From Schmidtea polychroa (Eukaryota), in assembly GCA_044892525.1 (NCBI GenBank), contig CM097885.1, positions 26,910,001-26,974,000 on the forward strand: DNA of 64,000 bases, written 5' to 3'. The position numbers were made by a program, and so were the translations under genes. The notes beneath the pieces are model-generated. The model had not been told where the DNA came from. It made no database searches and worked only from the letters and a program-made list of their open reading frames with translations. Below are positions 1-13,484 of the stretch, piece by piece (position 1 is the first letter of the stretch; each line of letters starts with the position of its first letter).

Positions 1-1228
1 ATTTCCATCAACTGCACTGCAAATGCTTCCAAAGTATCTATCCCACGAATAAAACCTGGAAACATATTTTTAATAACAATTATTTTGATGGTCCTCATCT
101 TATTGTGCTAATAAACATTTACTTCTGTACATTTACTTCTGAACATCCCTGTGGTTTTTGAGTTCATGGAAAAACTTCACATATTTTGATTTCACTGCTT
201 AAACATGGACTGCCAATTTTATTCCATGTTTCCTCATTCATCACTGTAATTGAAGCTCCAGAATCCCACATCTCAATCTCAACATCATTTATCATCATCT
301 TGCTCCATTCTCTTCTACCTGATGTCGCATACCTCATTCCCTCTGTTCTGTCATTCCGATTTCCTTCCTTCACAACCCCATTGACGAAATGTATGTAATA
401 GAGTTCCTCGTGTTTTTTTCAGTTTCCACGTCATGAATTGCATAATCATTAATTGATTCTCTTGTTTCTGCATCATCCGAATAATTTCTTCCGTTTTCTT
501 CGTCATGCACACAAGCTATCATTTTCTTGTTCTCATAGTTCTGTTGTTCTTTCTTTCTTAATAAATAACAATCACGGAAATTATGCCTTCCTTTCTCACA
601 TATCAAACATTTATCTTTTAGTGAACATTCATATCTTCTGTGCCCATATTCTCCACAGCAAAAACATTGGCCTGACTGTAATTCGCCGTTTCTTGGATCA
701 GGACGGGCTCTAAATCGATTGTATAATCTCTTGGCAATGTGTTTAAGCGAAACCGTTGTGTCCTTCTCTGCCCATTCCGTTCGACTGTATGATTCATTTC
801 GTTATTTCTGTTATACGAATTATCTGGTAAATTCTCTCTTCTGTAATTTCCTTGGCTTCTTAATACATTGGTGTTACTTCCATTTGTTTCTCTTGTAAAC
901 GTTTCTGAATTCCTTCTACTTGTTGCTTCCACGTAACTACTCTTCTTTATTACCATAATTTCTTCCGTCTTTTTTTTTGATTCCACTTTTTCGTAAATTT
1001 TCATATCCAAGAGTTCTTGCGCATGTTTCGGTAGCGCGTCTCTTGCAGACTTTTTCCCTTATCCTCGAGTCGTCATTGTATGAGCATTTTCGGCGTGGTC
1101 ACCAGTTACAACAATTGGTTCCATCTAAAGATTTATTAATATTAACACAGAGTGATTACTCTTAAATAGTAATGTATATTGCGTAATAACTAACACATTG
1201 TATTGAATTACGCAATATACTCTGAACT
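1..1228 (-). mobile_element. Decayed 5' part of a Ty3/gypsy LTR retrotransposon (LTR ~1104-1228, PBS, internally deleted gag, protease), related to the element at 32800-45550
   Basis: Minus strand has an AGTT...TAACT LTR followed by TGGTGACCACGCCGAAAAT, nearly identical to the PBS at 32952. ORF fragments include a zinc-knuckle remnant (CEKGRHNFRDC) and protease EMWDSGASITVM; all are frameshifted. Confidence 0.85.
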
Positions 1229-1269
1229 GCTTCATATTTGGTCCTTGGCTTCTAATGTAATATCATTAC

Positions 1270-1345
<76 letters not shown>

Positions 1346-2083
1346 ATTATTATTTAAAAACTTAAAAACTTCAAAAACTTTAACAATAAAGAAAAAACAC
1401 TTACATTTTCGTCCTTTCGAAAGAAATTTTCCAGCATCAGATCCAGCAGAAACAACAGAAGTATTTTTTATTACGTTTCCATCTAAAAGCATAATAAAAA
1501 TAATAATGATAATAATAGTAAACGATTACCATTTATTCTATTCAAGTCTACAGCTTGTCCGGCGATATTCATATTAATTCTTTGATTAACACCTAATTAT
1601 CATATTAAAAATAATAAAATGATAAAATAATAAATTTACCATTAATTTCAGTTCCTCCAACGATTTTTCCGTTATTTCTTTGAATTTTGTTAATGTTGTT
1701 CATATTCATGTTGTATATAATAGTTTTGTAAAATTGTTGAAAAAATGAAAGTGTAGACTATATAAGAGAGATATTGCAAGTTTTATTAACCGACCAATGA
1801 AAATAGAGATAGGATAGGAAAACATTCGCACACATACTACATGTTTGTTTAAACAAAGCAGTTAATGATGACCTATAAGTTCATGTCTTTACTACTCAGT
1901 GCTTTGTTACTTTGCACTGTGCATGCACTGAACATGTAATTTATGACATAATAATATTTTGTTAAACATAAAATTAAAATAATGATATTAATAATAATAT
2001 TATTAATAATAATAATAATAAAATATTATTTTAAAATTATAAAATGTTTATCTTTGTCAGCATCTTTCCTATTAAATAAAAAA

Positions 2084-2440
2084 CAAAGCATACAGTATAC
2101 ATTTATTAACCATCAAATTTTTTATACAACAACCATGCCAAACAGTGTTGACTACATGTTTGTATCAATGGATTCTAAAACATGTTTTATTATATACAAT
2201 AGGTTTCCCAATTGTTTGCAGTTTTGATCTCAACAAAGCAGGATAATAGAAACCCATACTATCGAATACGAATATATTACTAGGTTTCACATATATAGTT
2301 AATCAATGTTCTCCATTAAGATGAGACGAATGGGTATTGACGATTATGGCTTGATTATTGCTCATAAAAGAATTTTATCGAGAGGAAAAACTCCTACAAA
2401 TTCATTTCCCAATATCTGTTTTCCGATTCTATTGACCTGA
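2084..2440 (-). pseudogene. Adenain-like cysteine protease of the Polinton, disrupted
   Basis: Hand translation gives FVGVFPLDKI...IIVNTHSSHLNGEH*LTIYV...FVFDSMGF...QTCSQHCLAW, i.e. His, Asp and Cys catalytic-region motifs with stops and frameshifts. Confidence 0.75.
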
Positions 2441-2515
2441 ACAGAACTACTTTAATAAATTAAACAGTATAAAAACAACTTACTCCATGACAAATTTCTG
2501 TATTTCTGTATACAT

Positions 2516-3738
2516 TTATACCAACACGGTTCTATTTGATGTAATTTGAACTTCATTTTCAAATACATACTTCATATATTCTAACATGCACAGGATCAAT
2601 AATGGCTTTTGCAAACTTTATATCCAGCCGTAAATTTCCATTTTGGGGTAATTGACTCTGATTTAAATCAAAATTGGGGTCTAAAACAAATGTAAAAAAT
2701 GGGTATTTGCTTTTAAATTCTTCTAGAGTTATTCCGCAATTCAAGATTTTATCTAAATATCCCAAATTTCTAACAATACGCTGCATAGATGTCGCACAGT
2801 AATTATCACTCTCGAAATCTTGAGTATATGTTTCTCTATAATCAGTATTTTTCGATAAAGTCAATGATGTAACACCAAAGTTTTTGAAAATTGAGCTGGA
2901 AGCAGTATATGACCCATTATATTGAGTTTCGCTTTGAAATGCTACCAGAATAAAATTAGGCATTCTTCTGTCACCAAATATTTGTTCTTTATAGAATGAT
3001 GAAGCACCTTTAGCAATAGCGAATTGTACAATTTCCTTTTTTTTAATGTATAAATTGCATGTTTTGAATTAAGACCCAATTGATGACCCGCTAATACTGA
3101 TGGGTCTACTCGAACTCTTCTCACCAATAAATTTGCATCAACTAATTGGCATATTGGTGCACCAGTTTCACTAGTAAGAGATAATGCAGAATCGGACCTT
3201 TTCAGTCTAATGTTTACATTAACTCCTGGAAGTAAATATTTCGGTTGATCCATAAAATCGAGTTGTAATGATGAGCACATAGTGAATAATTTTGAGCCTT
3301 TAACCCACTTTTTTCTTTCATCATCTGTTGCTGCATAACCCATAGGTAAGACATGTATTTTTAGAATCGGAATTGTAATTTAAAATAGTTTCTATCAAAG
3401 CCTTGTGAATGAATGTATTATTTCCGCCCTCAATCTTGATATTATTAAATCCCAACACTGCATCTTTAAACAGATTATGAAACAGGAAATTGTTCGGTAT
3501 TACATCTGCATTGGCATCCAAAACTTTTCTATCTTTATCTACAACCTTGATCTGAACAGTCAATAAAGTATCGTTCAAATCTAAATATTCAGTTTGTGAA
3601 CCATTAATATAAAACTCGATATCATTTCTACTATCCGTAATTGAATTCATAGGAAAACTTCCTCAAAGGCCCCAAATTCGATTACCGCTTGAGCGATGGT
3701 CTATCAAATATACATAATTCGGATTTACCACAAATCAT
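2516..3738 (-). pseudogene. Polinton major capsid protein (double jelly-roll type), frameshifted
   Basis: Starts MICGKSELCIFDRP. ORFs 3321-3650 (IEFYINGSQTEYLDLNDTLL), 2942-3343 (QPKYLLPGVNVNIRLKRS) and 2559-2963 (GNLRLDIKFAKA) are consecutive pieces of one Maverick MCP. Confidence 0.85.
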
Positions 3739-4088
3739 TTTGCAAATATAGTTCCATGTCCTTTCATTCGTTTGTTTATATGCGATATTCCATGTCCTTT
3801 ACGTTTTCTAGCTGAGACTGGAGGCATATCTTTTTCAAACATACCAGGTAGAACTTTCCCTAACTCAGCTAAAGCATTTGTTTTTAAGGATGGTAATATT
3901 TTCTGTTCATTCATAATCATGTCTTTAGCAGTTTTCATGCCAAAACTACCAATACGTTTAAGAATAGGAAGTGCAAATCTCCTTATTGTTTTTAACCAAC
4001 CTGATCCGTACTATTTACCAACGAAATATGGTAATTCACCGCCAATTCGGCTATCACTATACATACTAACAATATCTGAATTAGCCAT
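3735..4088 (-). pseudogene. Small basic Polinton core-like protein with glycine-rich putative protease cleavage motifs; one premature stop
   Basis: MANSD...RIGGELPYFVGK*YGSGWLKTIRRFALPILKR...ARKRKGHG...MKGHGTIFAK. It lies between the penton and MCP genes, and its stop overlaps the MCP ATG. Confidence 0.65.
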
Positions 4089-5092
4089 CTACTTTACGAA
4101 AATGTAATGTCAAATGAGTTTTCGAATCTTTCGGAAAGTTTATAAGTTTTCCACTATCGTCACGAATATTTATTTCTATATTGTTTATACATGAGCTTGA
4201 AATTGGTAAATACATGGGATTATCGATATTTATATTGAAAACTTCATCGTGTTCATATCTTTCAATCCATACCGATTTCAAAAGAGGAGTACTAGAATCA
4301 CCAATAATGATGGGCTCAATAATATTAGTATAAATGAACATTTGTTGATGATGTTCAAGTATTCTTGATTTACGTATAACAGCCAATTTTTCCCGATATT
4401 GTTGCTTCTCTAATCCAAGTGTATTTGTCAAATTTTTATCAAATGTAACTTCGCAAATGTCATCATTCAAACTGAAGGTAAATAACGACTCTTTCACAAT
4501 GTCCAAACTTTTAAATATGTGTGAACAATTGTACTTTAAATATTTAAGTAACACATCAAGTTTATCAATATATAATTCGTCAGCAAAGGTGAATGATTCT
4601 TCAACTTCATTATTATACGACACTGATATTTTTATTTCTTCTTTAATTACACTGTTTGCTTCAAATAGATTAAAACGTATAAATATTCTGTTTTCATAAC
4701 ATTATTTTTCAACTTATTGCAACCCATTCGTTTGGCATCTTCAATAGTTTCGAATGTTATTGTAAATGGTTTTAAATCACAACTGATATTTAATCCATCC
4801 TTGTAAAACATATAGCAATGCTGATCTAATATTTGATTCGGAATATGATATGTTTTATCATAACTACTGATAACAAAGATACCACTACATGTTTTCAGAA
4901 CATTCTTTTTGAAATCAATCTTACATTGACTATAAAATGGGAATGTATTGTACACGAATGTAAAATCTTGCAATGCAACTTCTCAGTCACCATTTAAAGA
5001 AATCGGATTCTGGAGATTGACCATGAATTTGCTGGCTTGATTATCTGGATGAATTAATGGACAGCTATTGCTTGGTAAAATAGTATAAAAAT

Positions 5093-5097
<5 letters not shown>
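4081..5097 (-). pseudogene. Polinton minor capsid (penton) protein, disrupted
   Basis: N-terminal FYTILPSNSCPLIHPDNQASKFMVNLQNPISLNGD*EVAL and C-terminal MFIYTNIIEPIIIGDSSTPLL...IEINIRDDSGKLINF...LTLHFR are typical Maverick penton motifs. Confidence 0.85.
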
Positions 5098-6150
<1,053 letters not shown>

Positions 6151-6852
6151 TTTACGAATTCGGAACTCTTTTCTTTAATTTTGAAGGAAAATTATAATTG
6201 AATTGAAGGAAAAGAATTTTTAGATTTTTTATTATCACTTAATTAATTATTTTAAAAATCATGTGATTGAAAATTCGATACAACTTAAATGCATGATTCT
6301 GATTGGTCGAAATCTAATTGGCTGATGATTATTTATAACAAATTTTTTGGGTTTAGTTATCATTTTTAAACCATGTACAATATTCAAAGTTCAGCTATAG
6401 CTGCCATGAAAGAACATGAACATTATGGTAAATTTAAATTTTTTATTATTAATTGTATTCATCATATTATTATTTACAGATGAATATCATGCAATAATAC
6501 TGGAAAGATTGTATTTTTATTACCCGCAAATGTATGATATTCTCAAAGATTGAGATGTTGCAATAATCCCAGACTTAATTTACAATGAAACCAGAATCTG
6601 GATTTTCGATATTATCAATACATTTTTCTGGGATGTGAAGATTGGAAGAACAATGAAGGAAGTAGAAGTAGAATACCCTTGCATTTTGGGATGTAGCTGT
6701 TGCAATTTCCCCTACCAGAGATATGTCGAATGGTCTTTGGTAAAGACACTTCGTAATTATCATTTTTGTCAATTTTTATCCAAATAAATTTTTATGTTTA
6801 ACTATTTTCTGTTTTGTCTTTTTTAGTAAATAGTAATAGAAATATAAATAAT

Positions 6853-6910
<58 letters not shown>

Positions 6911-6918
6911 TAATAATA

Positions 6919-6950
<32 letters not shown>

Positions 6951-8097
6951 GTTTGAAAATAATAAAAACATTAATAATATGACACATATAACATATGACA
7001 ATGCAACATCAATGCATTTTGAATGCAATTAAAACAAAGACATACTGCAATTTGATTGGATTATAAAAATGAGTCATAGGTATAAAAACCATGTACCATT
7101 ACAATTCAATCATAATTCATGATGACCAAGAAAATATCAAGCACTGAAAAACCAAAGGTTGTTGTTGCAGAATTTGTACAACCTGTTCAAATGTTCCACA
7201 ACTATAAAATGCATTTTTTAAAAGAAGAAATCAATATGAAATTGGTGTCACCGATCAAGCTAATTCCGACTAAATTTCAATTCTTATCCGGCACACTTTC
7301 AATTATAGATGTTAAATCTATTGATATGTTTTCAAACGGTTGAATACGAATCTATCATGTAATCAACATGCATGGTTCAACAACCTATTTGCAAGATTTT
7401 ATGATTCCTTTGATGAAATCGGCTTCAAAGAAAACGAAAATTGGTACATAACCATTGCAATCCAGGGATATAAAGTTCATAATAACAATGATTCTCCTAT
7501 TTGGAAAATTATGTCTGCTAGACTTTCACACCTATTTTAATAAATGTTGATACATTTTATGTATTCAATAAATGTATTTACTTGTATTTGTTTTTTCACT
7601 TATTTAACAATGAAAATGCACCATCAGTGTAAAACAAAGACATTCTATAAACAAATATACATTATAGTTTTGAAGTGTTAATAATGACTACAGAAAAAGG
7701 TTAATATGATTAGTTAATTATCGAATTATTTAATATTTAGAATTTGTAATAAACTTTTTATTGGAAAAATTATCAGAAATAGCTGGTCTAAAAATAGAGG
7801 ACATATTATCTGTTACAAATGCATTAAATATAGGCTGAGTAGTTGAGAGTCAAGATTCGGGATTTGATGATCAGGAAGTTGAAGAAACCGATGATAGTCA
7901 AAAAACTGATGACACCCAAGAAATTGATGAACCTATAGACGAACTAAAGATTTGGAAAATATTACAAATGATTGTATAGATCATGTCATCGAAAATGTTA
8001 TGAAATGTGGAGATGACGACTGCGAATGTGTTAATTAATAAATATTAGTTAATTATTTCTTGTAAATTTATTTTAAAACTAAAACAAAGTAACTACA

Positions 8098-8625
8098 TTA
8101 ACTTTTATTCACAAATCGACAAATAATATACAAGATAGCAACACCTGTTGCAAGTTTAATATAGTTTTTAAACTTTATTTTGTGCTCGTCGATTTCCTTG
8201 GCATTTCGGGCGAGTTGATTTAATACACCCCATCCGCCATTGGCTTCTATCCACGGAGTAAATTTGGATTTGATTATCTAAAAAATGAACATTATTAAAA
8301 TATAGATTATAAAATAAAATACTTCTTGAGACCACTGGTAGTGATGTTCTGAGTCCCATAAACTTTTTTCGATGATAATTTTCATATAAGTGAATCCTAC
8401 AATAATTCGGGTCCACTTCATTTCTTCGTCGAATAGGCAATTGAAGATTCGATTAAAATAAAACTTCTTTGTTTCAAGGCATTCCATATCCATCATGTTC
8501 TGGTAGTCGATATGGTTGCCTTTAATAATTTGTTCAGTCCGATTGATTAGGCAACTGAGGCTTTCCGTAATGTTTTTGTTGACGATCTCTCTTAGCAAGT
8601 TGTCAATGAAATTAAGTTTTGACAT
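8098..8625 (-). CDS. Bcl-2-family protein, two exons (8625-8323, 8277-8098), 160 aa
   Basis: A 45-nt GT-AG phase-0 intron (8322-8278) joins a BH1-like motif (LFDEEMKWTRIIVGFTY) to a BH2-like motif (FTPWIEANGGW) and a hydrophobic tail anchor (LATGVAILYIICRFVNKS*). Confidence 0.8.
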
Positions 8626-9058
8626 TTTTACAGTAATTTAAAATATAATGTTTTATTTATACTACAGAATTGTGTGCCATATGATTCTGATTGGTTGATA
8701 GACTATATGAGTTTTGCTACAATATTTCCATTGATACCCTTGTGAACTGTTGAGTGTGAGCAGTACCCTTGCGAGAAGTGCCATTGCGAGCAGTACCCTT
8801 AGGGGGACAGAATATCTTGTCGGATAAACTCTGAGTATCACTGTGCGACTAATAGTAGTTATATGATTTTGAATCCTTCGATGGTACAATAATTTAGGAA
8901 TTCAAATTTACCATTGACCTTACCATGACCTTACCGTGATCTTAAGTTGACCTTAAAATTTGACCTTAAATTTTGGCCTTAAAAATACCCCCGGAGTATG
9001 ACGTCATATGTATTTGTTACGTCTTTTTTGACGTCATATGTTTTTGTTCCCGGGTCCA

Positions 9059-10324
9059 CATGTTACCCTACTTATATTTTATGGACCAAAACATGAACGC
9101 AGAAGAATTGGAATCAAACGAAATCCAAAGAAAATCCAGAAAACCTAGGCAACAAATATCGGTTGATATATTGAAAAGGATTAGAAAAGAGTTAGACAAA
9201 GAATTTTCTATTAAACATATTGCCGAAGATGATGATATATTCTTAAAAAAAGCATAAAACATTGTCGATAAAATTTCAGAAGTTATGACAGATGAACAAA
9301 TTTTATCGAAGAAAAAAGGAAGACCTGTTAAAAATGAAACTATAGCAAAAATGAAAATATCCGAACTTTTATTGAAAGATTCTTCTTTTTCCCAAAAAGA
9401 AATTCAAATTGAACTGAGAAAACTTGTGATTAGAAGGACTTCAAAACAATGGAGTATACTCTGAAAAGATTAATTCGGGTGCCTGAAGATCGAAATTCAG
9501 AAAAAATATAAATCTCCGACAGGCATGTGGAAGAATGATAAGTTTTGTTCCAGATGATAATTTAATATTTTTAGACGAAACTGGTGTAGATCTACACCAG
9601 AGCAGAAACTATGGCAACTCTCCCAAGAATTGTAAAGTTTCTAAAATTGTTAAATCGAATAGAGTTACTAACATTTCTTCATTGGTAATAATTAAAAAAT
9701 CAAGAATAATTGGCTTTAAAGTAAAAGATGGTCCTTTTGATGGAATTGCATTTATTCAATTTATAAATGAATTTTTGATACTACACTTTTTAATGCATCC
9801 TAATGATGTTTTAGTCCTTAATAGTTGAAGCTTTCTCAAAAGAAGTGATATAATTAATTTATTTAATAAACATGGCATTAACCATAGGTTTTTACCAATC
9901 TTCTATAGGAATATTTTAGCTACTTTAAGTCCAGGTTAAGTAGCCAAGAGAATATTATAAGCAACCGAAATGATTTTAAATTTTAAATTTTAGAAATACT
10001 GAGTGAGGAGTTTGTAGATTTTTCCAGTTGGTTCAGGAATATGCGTAGGTATGTAGAAAAGGCTTTATCAAGACAGGATTTTATTTAATAAATAGTTACA
10101 TGGCTCTAAAGTATATGATGTAAATTATGTAATAAAATATTATATTTAATATTGAAGCTCAACATTTTTTATCAAATATTTTATAAATAATCCTATTTTT
10201 ATTTTATTTTTTTATTCAAATTTTGTATATATTAATGAATAAACCTGTAACGTTTAACGATTAAATAACATTAAATTATACGCACTGATTTAAACAAAAA
10301 AAAATATATTAAGGTAGTAACATG
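9059..10324 (+). mobile_element. Tc1/IS630-like transposon remnant (transposase pseudogene ~9093-10088)
   Basis: HTH-like N-terminus, LIFLDETG first catalytic Asp and degenerate later DDE motifs. Imperfect inverted ends CATGTTAC.../...GTAACATG. Confidence 0.7.
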
Positions 10325-11278
10325 TATTATAACAAATGAAGAGGGCAATTAAATTATATAACAAGACCATTATAATGATGCTTAGATAATGGACCTTTAC
10401 ATTTCTAACCTCTGGATGCTTGAAATTGCGATGACACTAAAAATAGTAACTGTTAGTTGCAATTTTAAAAATAGAAATATGTTTTTGAACAACAAATAAT
10501 ATTGACAAATGATGAACCTTACAACTTAAGAAGAACAACAAAAATTTAGTATATAAGCTGAGAGAATTCTCAGTCAAACCACACAACAATTGTAAGCTAA
10601 GAAGAGTTGCAGATTCAGTAATTGATATTGCATGATAATTGATATTAGAAAATAAAAAATCATTGTATAATTTTTATTGAAGGTAAACATTTTTATTTCA
10701 ATACAATTGTCGTCATTAAATAAAAGCCTTTAAACCAGTGTTTGTGTTCTTATTTGAATATGACATCAAGTTGAGATTTTGAGAACCTCAACAATTTTTT
10801 ATATTCTAATTCTCTATTTCTTTTTGTTCGATTTTAATTATTAAATCTATTTTGACCACCAAATATTAAACGTCTACCTGATACCAAAATACATTGTTGT
10901 TTAAATTGAATTCATGACCAAAAAAAGTAAGATAGCAATGATAAAAATTTATAATCTTAAGCAATTGTCCAAAATTGGGAGGTTCATAATAATTTCCCAT
11001 AATCACATAGAGTCAAAAGTAATAAATGAGAAATAATTTGTCATATTTATTTATTATTTGAACAATATTGTAACAAAATGTAAAATGTAAATGTATCTTT
11101 TTTTGAAAAATATTTAAAAGTTCTCCCTCCATTTACAGTGCATTTTCTGTGACTGCGTGATTTATTGCGAGCATATATGCATACCCTTGAACAAGGGTCA
11201 GCAACCCAAGGCTCTTTAGATGAATAATTGAAGCTTATTTTATCATTTTTGCATTGCATTTTTAAATGTGTAATACAA

Positions 11279-11456
11279 TTTATTGAAAACAATAAAGTGA
11301 TAATTTAAGCCTTTTGCTACGAATAATGTATTTAATGAAAAAAATTCGACTATAAGATAGATTGACAAGGACTATCGTATAGTCGAAATTTTTTTCAATT
11401 AATACATTATTCGCAGCAAAAGGCTTAAATTATCACTTAATTGTTTTCAATAATAA
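11279..11456. repeat. Foldback palindrome / MITE-like hairpin, ~80-bp arms
   Basis: TATTGAAAACAATAAAGTGATAATTTAAGCCTTTTGC...TCGACTATA is mirrored by TATAGTCGA...GCAAAAGGCTTAAATTATCACTTAATTGTTTTCAATA. Confidence 0.8.
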
Positions 11457-13020
11457 ATGCTGCTACCAAGAAATCATCACTTTATACAATTTATTGAGTT
11501 CTAAAAATTGTTAATAAAATAATGTCAAGATCGCTATATCCTTGGCAATTTTGTGAACTTCTTAAAGAAGTTAATTGTCAACATTCCGAACTTGTTTTAA
11601 GTAACAGAAAAAGACGACTTTCTAACAGTGCCGTCCTCATGCGATTTGCAACATGTCCTGAGAAGTATAGTAAGCTACAGAAAAAGAAACTACAGTGAAA
11701 ATGAAACCCAGCAGTTTTGCTTTTGAAAGAAGTCTTTCGTTAAAACATAAAATTGTTTTTGTTTGAGGCAGGCCTAGAGAAAAGTAAATTTTCCCATTTT
11801 CCTAGGATGAAAAAATATCACAGCACAAACGATTCAATGATCATAAAAAGCAAGATCAAATTGTATTCGACAGTTAAAATTGTTCATGAACATTCGCATT
11901 TGGACTTTTGTCAATTTTTAGATTGAAAAAGTTTTGTGAACATTCACTACAACAACCAAACAAAGTCAGTCTTTCATCATGCTTGAAAATGACAGTTTCG
12001 GCATATTCTTTGCGCACTGACGACCTATATTTGAAGAAATTCAACAGAAAAAGACACATTTAAAGATATTTTAAATTATAATATATCATGTTTCCTTTTC
12101 TACAAATTTAGTGTGATATCAGGGCTGTAGCGCCCAGTGCAGAGTTTAAATTTGGCGACCTCCAATACACCACCAAAAAAACAAATACATAACGCTTGGC
12201 GTTCAATTGGTTGTGATAGGTATATTTTTGTAGTCTAAGCGTTGAATCTTCGTTATCTCTTAGGATTTTATCATCTTTGGTGTGGTAGCGGCTAATATAC
12301 AAACGAACATCAAACAATAGTGAATCCAAAACATACTTGAACTATCTTCCAAATAAGTCGAAATCACTATGAAATAGTAGAAATTCTGATGCGTAGGTGT
12401 TTATATTTTTAATTTAAGTGTTTACAACTATTTGTTGAGCGAGTTTTCTCAAAATTATGGCATCATTCTGGCGCCCCCTGTGATTTTACTGTGCCTCCGT
12501 GCCCGGTGCGATCGCCATATTTGTCAGCCTCTGTAAATGACCTTGTGTGACATGACACGCTTCTGTAGTTTACTTGTACGATAACACGTTATATGTTAAA
12601 ATAGTGAGTAAATAATTTAAATACAATATTTGTTTTAATGTAGTTTCTAAATTTAAAGTATCTAAAAAATCCTTCTCTGAACGCACCGCCAGAAGTTTTT
12701 TACCATTAGTACAAACTAAATAATCATGTTGCTACAGTTTCAAATGAGTTTCTTTAGATGTATGCTTACATGTTTGGGGGGGGATAACGAAATGTGAATA
12801 AACCTGGTCTTCGTAAACTGGTACTTGAAAATTTCACCATAAATTATGACCATTTATAGCAAAGGGATTAATAACATTAGTAAGGGTAGATTTATTTTGT
12901 AAATATGAATCTTAGAAAATTAATGAAGTCCGTTTTAAAGGGTGAGAATGTTATCATAAAAAAAATAATTATAACCATAGCTTTAATAGAAGCATTTATT
13001 AATTATATATCACAACCATT

Positions 13021-13278
13021 TCAATGATAGATCTCATAGCCACCTTCACCAGTATTGCCAGTTTCATAACCCCTTCTTATATTGCCATAATCATATGATG
13101 AATATCCTATTTTTTTCCCATAAGGAAAATATATATTATTTTTCTGATACTGCCGCTTGATTCCATATCCATCCATCCTTCGTTTGCTTCGATAGTTCAA
13201 ACGGAAACCCGAAACCATCGGATCAAAAACGAGAATACCCGAAAACAATATTACTGAGATATATAAATAAAAATTCAT
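13021..13278 (-). CDS. Small secreted Gly/Tyr-rich protein, possible peptide prohormone (85 aa)
   Basis: Hydrophobic N-terminal signal-like segment, dibasic sites KRR/KR/KK/RR, and AATAAA ~20 nt after the stop. Confidence 0.6.
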   Translation of the reverse strand: MNFYLYISVILFSGILVFDPMVSGFRLNYRSKRRMDGYGIKRQYQKNNIYFPYGKKIGYSSYDYGNIRRGYETGNTGEGGYEIYH

Positions 13279-13484
13279 AAATTAGGAAACTTAATGAAAA
13301 CTCAGAATTTCTCATATAATTATATGTAATTGAAATTCGTGACAAAATACCGAAAAGGTAATATTTTATTGCCCAACCAAATTGCAAATAATTCGCGTCC
13401 TCTCGGTATACAACAGAGATTTGGGGATTTTTTCTCAACATAAAAAATGAAATTCACACAAGAACTCATGAATCTAGAGTTGGG

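Noticed and set aside
10323..10705. Possible solo LTR (TGTATT...AATACA with TATA and AATAAA)
   Set aside because: No target-site duplication found and no second copy in the window.
11500..12060. Further hAT-like coding fragments (also a FLYWCH-like fragment at ~61890-62090)
   Set aside because: Too decayed to delimit or call with confidence.
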